In this document: positions 1 through 12,400 of the stretch, one piece after another
How the letters are laid out: each line of letters opens with the position of its first letter
Position numbering within the stretch: the stretch's first letter is position 1
Source of the DNA: Bugula neritina
Lineage: Eukaryota > Animalia > Bryozoa
NCBI GenBank assembly: GCA_964035545.1
Contig: OZ037772.1
Span: forward strand, 11,468,818 to 11,532,817
Direction: 5' to 3'
DNA length: 64,000 nt
The notes under the pieces: model-generated
The model's database searches: none
Told to the model about the DNA's origin: nothing
The model's input: the letters and a program-made list of their open reading frames with translations, nothing else
Made by a program: the position numbers and the translations under genes

Positions 1-327
1 ATATGCTACATAAACTTTTACTAGACATTATATAGTATATCACTATATAATAAATATGTTACTCTATATTATAATATATTATTTTATTATACTATATACA
101 GACGCAAACTATGTACATGGCATCTGCCAATTATTAATATGTGGAAAATGAGTAAGATGTTTTCATCGGCTAATTTGTTTATCGTCCTTACAATTTGTTG
201 ACTCAGCTTCTTCGCAGACGGCATAATGAAGTTACTTCCTGTTTCAGTAATACGTCGGTATTTAGAGAAGTTCTGAATGATTGAAAGGGTGTAAAGTTAC
301 TCGGTATTGTCCCATGTGTATTATTAT

Positions 328-431
328 ATCATTGTGGTTGCAGGTCAAGAAGAGTTTAGATATCATTGTGATTGCAGGTCAAGGAGAGTTTAGACATCAT
401 TGTGATTGTAGGTCAAGGAGAGTTTAGACAT
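328..431 (+). repeat. 3 x 34-bp tandem repeat spanning a CCDC180 splice acceptor
   Basis: ATCATTGTGRTTGYAG|GTCAAGRAGAGTTTAGAY starting at 328, 362 and 396. Confidence 0.95.
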
Positions 432-3400
432 AATCAAGGAGATGTACGAGAGGTTTCACCGAGACCAGCTGGAAGTGGTGCAGACGTATCCCCACATGGT
501 GAGGGAGGAGCTTGAAGACTTTGATCTCGTCATCCGGACCTACTTTGCCGTGGACAGAGACAAGCCTTCTGCCGACTCACCAGTATGTCTTCTCTACTTA
601 TTATAGTTTGTCATAAAGAAATTGTCTCCACTCTCTATTATACACAATAGCAGTTATCTCCACATAATTCAATAAACAATAATTAAAGTTGGCTCCACTT
701 TATATGATATACGATAGGAATCATTTCCACATAATCTAATACATACTAGCAGTTATCGCCACATAATTTACTACACATGAGTGAAATTGTCTCCACTTGA
801 TAATGTTTGTTAGTGATTTAGTATTTAATGACTGCAGTTTGTGTTTAGTAAATACACATTAGATAATTTCAAACCAAATAAAACCGCTATTCTCTGTGTT
901 TCATTCAACACCCTCAGCTTGTCCGTTATCGCTGTTTTCTTGTCTCTTAGCACCTCAGACTTCTGCACCATCTTCTTGCATCACTTCCTGTTGCCCAGCG
1001 GAGAAAATGGATTGTGAAACTGAGTTCCCTCTTTCATGTAAATATCCTCAAATCTGTCTTTAGTCAAATGCAACTCGAACACTTATAATGTGAGCATCTT
1101 ACACCCTCAATCTCATTTACTCTCTGCTCGTGTTTAGCTGAGGAACCTACCGCGAAAGCTGATCGGAAGGCGTGTAAAACTGTACAGATCTGAAGCTAAC
1201 TCAAATCAAACATCTAGAACTAACAGCTCACACATGGTATTCACTCACATTTTCACCGTTTCTCATCTAGCCTTGTTATTGCCTGGTAACATCATCAAAC
1301 AGTCATACCTTCTCTAGTCACTGGCTCCTTGTTTAGATTTATCTTATCAAATACTGACTAATCATACGTTGACCTTGCCACACTACTACCTGGCCACACC
1401 ACTATTCGGTCCCAACACTATCTGGTCCTAGCACTAGCTGGTAACACTACTATTTGGTAACAGGGCTTTCTGGTAATACTAATAGCTGATTTTAGTATAA
1501 ATTAAAATGGCCATTTCTTTCTCAATCAAACTTTTGCTGATCATATTTTAGAGCCTCATACCCCAGAACTCAGTCATATTATTGTTTAGCAAGAGTTCTC
1601 ACTTTAGAATATTCTATTAAACACTAAAATTAAAAACTCAGGCTGTGGATGTAGTGCTAACTTATTCAAGTTAGTATATTTCTTATTTTGAATATTCTAA
1701 TTCTATTATAGTTGATGCATTGTTAGAGGCTTTTCAATTTGATTTGTGTCAATTTCCATTTGGTCTGGTGTTAGTCAGATACTTATCTTTCTACAGACCA
1801 CTGAATCACTCGCCAAACCTTCACTCAAACCAAGCGTGGTGGACGAGGAGTCTCTGGCAGACGTGCAGCTCTCTCCGTCCATAACTCCAGAAGCAGACGT
1901 ATCTATTGACGTGACTGCAGCAGACTCTCTAGGAGCAGACGACTCAGCAGTAACAGAAACTGCTGCAGCAGACGAAGAGTGAGTCATGCAAATATGTCTT
2001 TCCAATCGTATTGATTAGGTTTATACAATTTAGTATCTTACTCAATTTAAAACTGGAAATGTTTTGAATTTAGTAAGATACTAAAAGATAGTTTTAAGTT
2101 GAATTTTTATGCTGCGTATAACATTTTGTTTTATAATTTAGTTGTAAATCAAATTTAATTAATTAAATGTATTTTTTGTTAAATTCAACTTTAATTGATA
2201 CGATTCAAATTTAATTGATGAAATTAGGTTTTGAATTTTTTTTCATAACCGTAAAATGGGGTAACTTTAGCCACTTGAGGTAACTTTGGCCACTTTGAAA
2301 AAAATGTTTAAAATGTAGCTGGTGCTATATCTATGAAGTCTAAAGATATTTTAATTGTATATATGCACTGACTGTAGATTGGTGCATCCTATTCCTGAAA
2401 AATAATTGATATACTTATTTGCTGCTTCTTGCTGTCAGCCATTTTCAATTTCCTGTTTGACAACAAGATTTTCAGCGCTGTCCAACTTTAATCTATTTGA
2501 AGGCATTAGAAAAGCTGGACTCATTTTCTTTTTTGTATTAAAGAACTTTGGTAAGTATTTAACCAGGATATTTGTAATTTAGGTAAATAAATTGAAATCT
2601 AAAATTAAAATATGTGTCTTGAATTTACTGTGTACAATTTTTGACGAATTTGGGGTAACTTTGGCCATGACTAAATGGTACTCCAAAGTAGGTTTCTGGC
2701 AGCGCTGCGAATTTTCTGTTACTTCAGACACATAGTACATTACTCTCTAAAGGCACAATCATTTGATTCACCTATACCCAATGCTTTAGTTATATATTTG
2801 AAACAACTTAGAGTCCAAAATATGAAATAATTACATGGGGAATTATGCATTTTAGTTCCCAGACAACAATTTTGTGTTTAATGTTTTTTTTTTATATAAG
2901 AATTTGACCATGCATTGTAAAATGTATTTTTCAAGACAATTATACTCAGAAAATATTAAAGAAAAGTAACATCTCCAAGATATGGTATATCTGAGGAGAT
3001 CATTGGTTTTGCTTTATTCACAAGAATTGGCAGCTGGAAAGTCTTGACAAGAAGTGGCTAGAAATATGATATTACCAAAGGAACACTACAAAACAGAACC
3101 GCGTGAAGACACAAGCTGAAGCCTGGACGCCAAACTGTGTTATCACAAGTAGAGGAGGTAGCCATTGTTGACCATACCTACTACAAAGCTGGCTCAATAG
3201 GGCTTTCCATTAGATAAAACAGACTTTCGAATAATAGTCAATACCTATTTTGACAAATGTGAGAGAAGAGTGCAACATTTCAAAAGCAACTACCCTCAAG
3301 ATCACTGGAGTCTCAGTTTTATGTCAAGACATAAAGATAGCTTGTCTCACAGGTTGTGCCAAAACATAGCACCGGAATGGGCAACAGTTAATTCTGAAGA

Positions 3401-6400
3401 CATTAGGCATTATTTAAAAAATCTACAGAGAACTGCCACAGCCTATAGTTTGAAAGGGCATACTTGAATTTAAGATTAAATTCAATGGAATTTGAACTTG
3501 TACAGTGATTTATTCAATGTTGCCAGCAAAATACATGATTTTTTATACATATACAAAAGTTTTTACACTTAATAACAATGTACCTCGAATAGCTGCGGTT
3601 TCAATGCAATAATTACACTATTATAGCTTGCATTTTGTCTAAAATAATTTTTTTTTGTAGTAATGAAGTTGAATAATGTTGTTCTTTAATTTCTAACTGG
3701 CTAAAAAAGCTCCAAGTGCTGCTAACTTTAGCTACATGTAGAATAACGACACCGGCCAAAGTTACCCCGAAAATAGGGTAACTTTGGCCACCTACTTTTT
3801 TTAATACCACAGGAGATCTAGCAGTCCCAAACTGCAAATGGTTCTTTCATTTAGTGCATATGTTGATAAGCTTCATTTAGCATCCAAAAATTTTAAAGAA
3901 TATTGTAATCCTTTCATATGACACCCAAAATATGTCTCAAAACGGCCAATGTTACCCCATTTTACGGAACTTTAATATTTTGCTGGTACCTGAATATCAA
4001 ATTGAGTGCAACTGCAACATGTTCATGATTTCTCTTTGCCAACCTGCTTTACCAGGCTGATTGCTCGCAGGTAAAATTAAGGTATCTCTAGGCTATCGTT
4101 TTATTCTCATTTGTATAAACAAAATGGCGGAACAATATGTTGTGACTTTCAGCTCTGCACAGAAGGTTGCCGTGCAACAACTTGAAGCTCTCTCAGCAGA
4201 ATTGGACGTGGATAAAGGAGAAGCAGCTAGAAATAGATATTACTTGGATGGGGTGGTGAGTTGGTGTCCCCTATTCTGTGCTAGCTAAAATTAATGTAGG
4301 AACACTATGCTATGATAATGTAGTGTAAACTAATATTGCCTGGGTGGGGTGTGGAGTTGACGCCCCCTACTATTTAGTAATTGTTTTGAGGAATAGCTTA
4401 CTATTCTAGATTCATCAGCAACCATCACTCATATTGTCTATGTGTTATTAAGCTGTGATTATTAGGAGTATCTTGTAATTATGTCTATTTTACTCAAGCC
4501 ATAAGTTTATCAATGCTGTGAGATGTACGTAGGGGGGACAACTAGAGCAGTAATTTCATTTTCTAAACATTTGTTGGTAGGTGAATAAATCATTTAATGT
4601 TTACTCGGTAAACAGGTGAAAAAGTCATTAGGCCTTCCACCCACTCTATCAATTTGCTAAAAATTCTAAACATAAAAAGCTATTCTCAAAGCTAATATTT
4701 GTTCACCACCAGTTTGTCCTTCACATCTTTATTTATATTGAGGTTTGTTCAATGTACATAGGAGTCATTTCTATGATGCAATACTTCTCTGTTAGAATAG
4801 TGAGAATAAATATTAGAGCAAATAGAGTATCAGTACACATAAGTAGATATAATAAATAATGAGTACGTGGTTATGTGGAGTTATCTACACAATATCTGCT
4901 GACTCGGCCACATGGAAGACCCACACATCTTCTTTAGCTAATCTTACAGTTCGTTTCTTGCTATGAGATATTCATATCACTATATTGAAATATCCAATCA
5001 TCATTGGGATCATATGAGGTATGTCTATCACATTTGAATTATCCAATCATTACTTAGATAACATAACTCTGTCCGGCTTTTATCACAATCTGGTTTGTTC
5101 TGAAGAATTCTCCCCCTCAACGTCTGCACTGTCGTTATTATTCATAGTTTGCTCCAGGAGATCTGGTATGGGAGGAGCTTTCTTCTTGTTACTTCTGGTT
5201 GGCTTTAACGGGTTGTCTCTGATCTACAATACACCGAGTTGAAAAGACATCAAATAAGACACATGTTTATGCTTTTAACAAATTTATAAGGAATTTTCAA
5301 AAGATTTGTGTCTCTGTGTTAATAGTTGTCTTCTCATGTTTGGGTATTGTGATATTAGAATGATAGAGGAATTTAGCACAGGTTTGTCCTCCGTAAAGAT
5401 CTACTCACCGTTCCTTCAGGGTTATTATCTGGCATCTCTTCAGATGACAACAGATCTCCGTACAGGACATTAATTACTGCTTCTTGCTTCTTGGCCGGCT
5501 CGAACGAATCCATTTCTAACTTCTTATCGGATTTCTTTTTGTTGCGTCCTTTAGATACTAAAACACAACGTCATGTGATGTCAAGTGTTGGAACCTATAG
5601 CAGCGTTTTGCTTTCTCATATAAATATCGCAGGGTATAATTAACAATAACAAAGCTATGTCAGCTGCAGGTTGACCTGGACAGAGAAGTTCTTCTGCTAA
5701 AGTCTACTCGACATTTTCATTGTCTTGTATTTTATTAAACCGTTCTGGTTTCAGCTGTAGTTGATAAATAATTTTTAGTAATAATTTATGCTATATTTTC
5801 AAATCATTCTAGTTCAAGCTTATTTTGATTAATTTTTTTTAATACTAGCCTCTACCAAATTATTCTGGTGCAAGATTTATTTGGTAGATAAGTTTTAGTA
5901 CTAGTTCATGTCATTTACCATTCTGGTGCAAGCTTTGGTTGGTATATATCTGGTGCCTAGCTTCTACCTTACCTAACCCAAAGCCTACCTGAATACCTGA
6001 GACTCACCTGAACCTTTCTCGAATAGTGAATGGTCTATCTCTCCTAGCACGTCATCCTCTTCCTGGTTGGTGGATGCCAGAGGAAGTTGTATACCATTCA
6101 GACTGGCCGGTCCTTGTCTGTGGTAGAGAGGTCTCAAGGTCGGGTCGTCTTCCAGGTCTTCGTTTAGGTTCACACCGTGAGTGCCTATCGTTAGCGGGAT
6201 TTCTAGTGCCAAGTTATCTTTGCTACAAGAGATTTAAAAACTGATTTGTATTAGACACTCGGTCATAGAAACTTCTGGAAAGTTATTTATAACTGCTGAA
6301 AATAGAGATTCGGGAGATTCAAAATCACGCAGTCATGAAAAGTTCTAGAGCATCTTGCTTTATCTGAAATCAATTTCTAACCGGTGAAAATTTCTCGAGA

Positions 6401-9400
6401 CTTTAAATATAAAAGTAGTTTAGAAATCAACCACTGCATGTCTTTATTTAAGTATGCATTTTCTTTTTTATAAATTATATATTCATATCATTGCGTGGTA
6501 CTCACTGTTTAGGGTTGTAGTTCATTTGTACTTTGAACACAAGCATGTATGCTAGGTGAATGATGTCACATCCTTCTAACCCCGACTCCGGTATGTAAGG
6601 TGGTATCGTCAGTCGTATGTCGTTCCATCTTCTTCCTTCTCCTTTCTCTATCGCATACTGGTCTGCGTGTTTACTTATTGTCTGTAACATAATACACTTC
6701 TTCTTGAAACGACTGATTTTGGCAACTTTATATCCAAAAGATACTAACATGATGTAACTTGTTTTCGGTTTCATTTAAAATTTGGGTTCTCTAATCTTGT
6801 AACACGAATCAATGACTGGTGAGAGATAGAGAACTATGTACTCAGCTTTCATTTCTAAGCATGGGACGGGCATCTGATTATTACATGTATAAGATACAGT
6901 CCTGAATATAGTTTTTTTACTTTTACTGGTACTTTTACGAGCGAGACATGTTTACCTGGGAGACGTGTTTACCTGGTAGTTTTGAATGAATGAACTGCTG
7001 GCTGAAAATCTGGACACCATAATAATGGCCGCCTCTAAAGATGTGATCTCTAATGATGACCCATTCGTGACCTGCGTATAGAATGAATAATTGACCTTTA
7101 GTATTGATTTTACTCGGGCAACTTGTAGTCTTGCAATGTAGGAATAAAATGTGATGTTTTAGTCATCAAGGGAACAGTTTTAATAAACAAAATACTGCAA
7201 CATCAAATGCAATTTCTAAAAAAAATAGTTTTTCTGCCACTTTTCACAGATTTAAAATCTTGAAATAAATTGAATTCATCGAGCAGGTAGAGATCATGTT
7301 ATATAAACTTTTTTATAGGCTCAAAATTATCTCATGAATGCATCATGTAAATAACATTTTTTGCAGATATTATATTTGTTGTCTTCTTACAAGACATATT
7401 ATTTAGTCTAAACCTAACCAATCATTTAAAAATTAGTTAAACTTACGTCTACATTTAATTTTAAATCTTCGCCAGGAGTGAAACTTCGTCTGTTGATTTT
7501 GACGAAAGCAGTCACTTTTCCGCCACACAGACATGCGGCTCCTATTCTTTGTGTATGACTCACTTCATATGGCTGAAAGCAGACGACAAGATATTCACGT
7601 GTGCGAGGTTTCTGTGTGAGATAGCTACAGATAGAAGTATTACTCATAGTATTTATATCTGTGTGAGGCATGAAACCATGCCTGAGTAGTTTTAGTCAGA
7701 CACACATGAAGGGAAATAACTCCTAGTGTCTAGTAGTAAGGCGGTAGTCCAGGCGATTCTGGGCTCGAATCCCAACCAGGTTATTGGTGATGTTAGGGGA
7801 AGTCACAGTTACCCCTGTATTACAACACCCATCTTACTAACACCGTGAGAGCACAGTCTAAGGCCTCCTGAAACAATCACTCAGGTTTCTTATAAGGGCT
7901 GCAACGTTAAATGAAATATATCTCTCAAAATCGGATCGAAGTGATTTTAAATTCAGTGCATTCATACTAAATTATAGTTCAACTGGGAGATTTTTTCCCT
8001 CCTAGGAATACTATTGCATAGTTACATATATAAAGCTTCTCTTTTAAAATTACTAATTCTAAAAAGAATAGTCCAATAGTTATTTGTCAAATTTCTCTCC
8101 CAGAATTACTAGTAGCTGTATGGCTGAATAGTTACTTGTAAAGTGTTGGGTTCGAGTGAGAGGTCATATCTACGGAGCACCAGGAACGGCTCGTTGGTAA
8201 TCATGGCGTCTGCTGCGAACTTCCTGTCTGGGCGGAGCTGAGCTTTGATTAGATAAGTGACGCTGCCGTACTTGCCAATGTAGGAGCTCGGGAGGCTGTC
8301 GCTCAGCTGACAGTAGAACGGGAACTCGTTGACGCCGACCTCTAGTTCTATTGACCCTGAAATGGCTGCCGCTAAAACAGGAAACGCAGCGATGGCTGCT
8401 GATTTTCACAAAACTGGTTGAGAAAGTGAAGTATTGCATTGTAATACTAGCAGCTTAATTTCTTATCTCTTTACTAAAGTCAGACCTGCTTCAGCTGTGA
8501 TGTAATTTTACCAACAGATTAAATCTTGCATAATTTTTTTTATTTTTACCCAGTTGATAAAATTTTGATATTTTCCCCTTAACTTTTAATTAAAAAAGAA
8601 ATGTATGCAAATGTTAAAAAATAAGGTTTTAATAACAGGAAAAAAGGTGTTTACATAGGAAATGGCTTCTCCAACTGCAGCAGCCTTTTAAGAAAAATTT
8701 AATAAATCATTATAAAATTATAAAATAAATAAAAAGTTTCATAAACAGATACTACACCTAGTATCTATCATACTATAACTTACATTGTATAACATTCTCA
8801 GTGTGATCTAAGTATATCTCATGTGATTTGAACTTGTTCACTCCCTTTACAGCTTTCTGCTGCTCCCAGATCACATTCCCTTCCCCTTGTAAGGTGATCA
8901 ATATCTGCTGCACCTACAAACGTACTCTCACGTGTTTCCTGCCATAGTTTGAAGTTCAAGTTACCAACATTACTATTTGAAATTTGGGAAGGCAGCAATA
9001 CAATTATTTAGTTGTTCTCAAAGCTTTACCACACCTTAAGATTCTGTACAATGTGGTAGACATCTTTTTGATTAGCAAGATTAGTGATGAGTCACTTGAC
9101 TTGATCCTTAGAGAAGATAACACTTATATTTGTATAATTTCTTAGTCAATATCAATATCTCTATTCCAACTTTCTCTAATTTTCTCTAATTATTCCTTAT
9201 TTGACTTGGTTATTTTTATTTTATGTGAAATTTCTTTACTACTGATTACTCAAGGTGTGACCAAAGTGATTCACTAGTTCTAACTCCTATTCTGACTGGT
9301 TAGTTGTAACACCCACTGTGATTGGCTAGTAAATATACATAGTTTTTGAATGGTTATAACACCTACTGTGACTGGCTAGTTAGTACACATATTTATTGGC

Positions 9401-12400
9401 TATATGTAACACCTACTGTGATTGGCTGTTCACAGGTGACCACCACCACCCCCTTCATCATCTCCCCTGGAACATACTGATACTGCTCATCTATGTCATG
9501 TTCCAGAACAATCTCAAAGCTCTTTACCTTCTGCCTTCTGAATGTCTCACTCATTTTCTGCAGATTACAGTTTATATGCAGACGGCAAGCTTGCCTTCTA
9601 CAGATTGCACTCTCTAATTGAAGAAATCTCTCTTTAGTTTTCTCCTGATTTCGGTTTTGCTTTCCACTTCTTTCACTGTGCTTAGAGTCGGATTTTAAGG
9701 CAGTTGTAGCTTTGGAATCTGTAAGTCTGACGCTCTTTTAACTATCCTTTAGCTTCAGTTTATCAGGAGTTATAATTATAAAGATTCGCTGGTCTCTCCT
9801 CTTTATTCTGCAAAAATTAGAATTGGTTTAAAAGTTTGAAAGCCTATATCTTTAATTTACGTATGTTTTCAATGGCAGCAAATTGCTATTCAACCTGATT
9901 ATTTAATCTCCTAAATTCACCAAATTTAGGTAAAAATCAGCTGAATATGTTATGAGAGTTTATATCAAGCCCCTGACTAGAACATGCAGCTAGTATAACT
10001 ATTTCACTCAGGATGAATACGTTGGTATTGTCATGTGGGAGTGAAAAGAATTTCATAACAATTATTATTGATTCTTTGTTCACGACTGACTGCACCTTTT
10101 GAATCTCCATCAAATGGCCACATCAACGGCAGTAAAAGTAAACAATGATGTATAGAAACACTCTCTCACTGCAAGCTGTGCTGCATTGCTCAGTTATATG
10201 TTTGGTTAAAAACAAGATGAAGATTTCTTGTAACTTTAGCATGTGTAATACATGTAGATTAGCATGTAATAGGGTCTTATGGCTGTGTGATGTGACAAAT
10301 AATAATATAATTATTGTTATTTATTCTCCCAACAGGCTGTAACACATATTTTAACATTCTTCTGTAATGCTAAACATAATCCCAGATATTCTATGCCTGA
10401 AGCTGTAGCTAAAATATATTTCAATATTAAACAATTTTGTTCACCCTTCCACCTCATACTCTATGCTAAGTATTTATAGTATATAGCTACGTTACCTAAT
10501 GATAACGCTTAACTGAACACCCTTTTCTATGTAGATTTTGTATGAATTAGATAAAATAGAAGTAAAGCTTTAAATGTTACAGCTATGTCATATTTTGCTG
10601 CCTAAAAAGATATAGTCATAGCCAACAATGTAAATATATGTCCACAATATATACACACCAATAGTAAATAATTATAATGTTTTATCCCTAACACTGTAAC
10701 AGGTATACTACTACAGTACTAGTAATGTTAATTTAGTAATAGACTGTAAGAACCTACATATGGATCAGCTATGAATTCCAGGCTTGTTATCTAAAGTTAT
10801 TCTATGAAAGCACACGCTAGTCTACAGTATAAGTAGTAACCTCACACTACTGAGTGCCACGCCTACTTAATACAATATAGATAACGCAATGCTACCACAC
10901 CCACACTCACCTGTATTCAGTTGACACTCTTACCCAGGTACTTGTAGCTTGTGCTAGTACTTTTTACTAATAGTTATGTAACTATGACTATTAGCACTAG
11001 TTGAGTAGTACTCTAGACTCACTGCTTCTATATACCTGCTAGTCTCTACTCTGAATAACTTGTACTTCGTTTCACTCAGCTCTCTGTTGCACAGGCCACT
11101 TGACTCTATTGTTCAAACAATACTCGTATTACAATACCTCAGTCTATGCTTGCTTCACGGCAGTGTGGGTGGAGTGAATACCTACCCGAGATTTGAACAA
11201 TATCTGTTGAAAATAGCCTTTGTTCTTTAGGAAAAGATTTATTTCCAGTTAGTAGTGTTGCTGTTATAGCTAGAGTTGAGATAGGTTAAGCTGAAGCTAT
11301 ACCTACTTATACGCACCTTTTACTTCATGCCAATGGCTTTTAATATGGTTAAGATATTCTAAACTTTAGTAGGTGTTATTGCTTTTAGTTATTCATCATT
11401 TTCTGTATAGAACTCATTGTTACTTCTAGATATCAATGGAAGCTCAGAATATATTTCTAAGACATATATTATTTTTAAGTTTTTATTTCAATCAACATTT
11501 TACCAGTTCCATTAACAACATATTAACATGATGCCACAATGGTAATTGACTAGTTGGCAAAGACTTATTTAAATGTAAGAAGAAAGAATTTAATTCTTTG
11601 AAAATAATTATTGAAGGGAAATGACAACTTCCAATTAAAATTTACATCTTTGGATGATATAAAAACTTTTAGTGCACAATACCTAAAATTTATCACACAT
11701 AATGTTTTTATCTTTCTCGCCACATATGTATATGAAATCAGTACTATACAGTATTTTATTGTTTTACCTCTATTTGATATCTGTAAGACATGATATATTG
11801 AGCTACTCTTCACGTTTGATTACAAGTTGCATGTGGTGTGATGAAGTTTCTATGTTATTACAGACAAGCCACCCTCTCCCAGGAGAAGTTGGGGAGTGTC
11901 TCACCACCGACAAAGGTACTAATTACTACGTCCTGTGTGTAGAGTCTGAAGATTCACAAGGGGACACAACTGCTAGGTATTATATCCACTATACAATCAT
12001 ATTTAGCACTGTGTTCTGATATATACAGTGCTCTTTCCAAATCCCTCAGATTTAGTTCTCACAAAACTCTATAGGTTACGAGAAGGGCTTGAACCCTCGT
12101 TTTGTGGCTTATATAGGGACAGAATGGTCGAATTTAACATATCTGTGAGTTGAATCTGGTACTCTACTATGTGGAAACTCGAGGTTTTAGGACTCGCAGC
12201 TTAATGAGATACGTGGGGGGGAAGCACTGTAACTTATTGAAATTCGGAGGGGGGAGGGGGGAAGAGGGAGCACTGTAACTGTTATTTATAAGAACCTGCT
12301 GCTATCCAATGTTCAGCTGCGGAGAATTTGACGTCAAATCTTTTCACAGAGATGTGTATGAAGATGAAGGTCAAGGAGAAACGTTTCTGACGGAAGTGAA

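Noticed and set aside
8655-8684. 30-nt phase-1 microexon in the arrestin gene
   Set aside because: Weak AAG acceptor and an implausible peptide; the gene is in frame without it.
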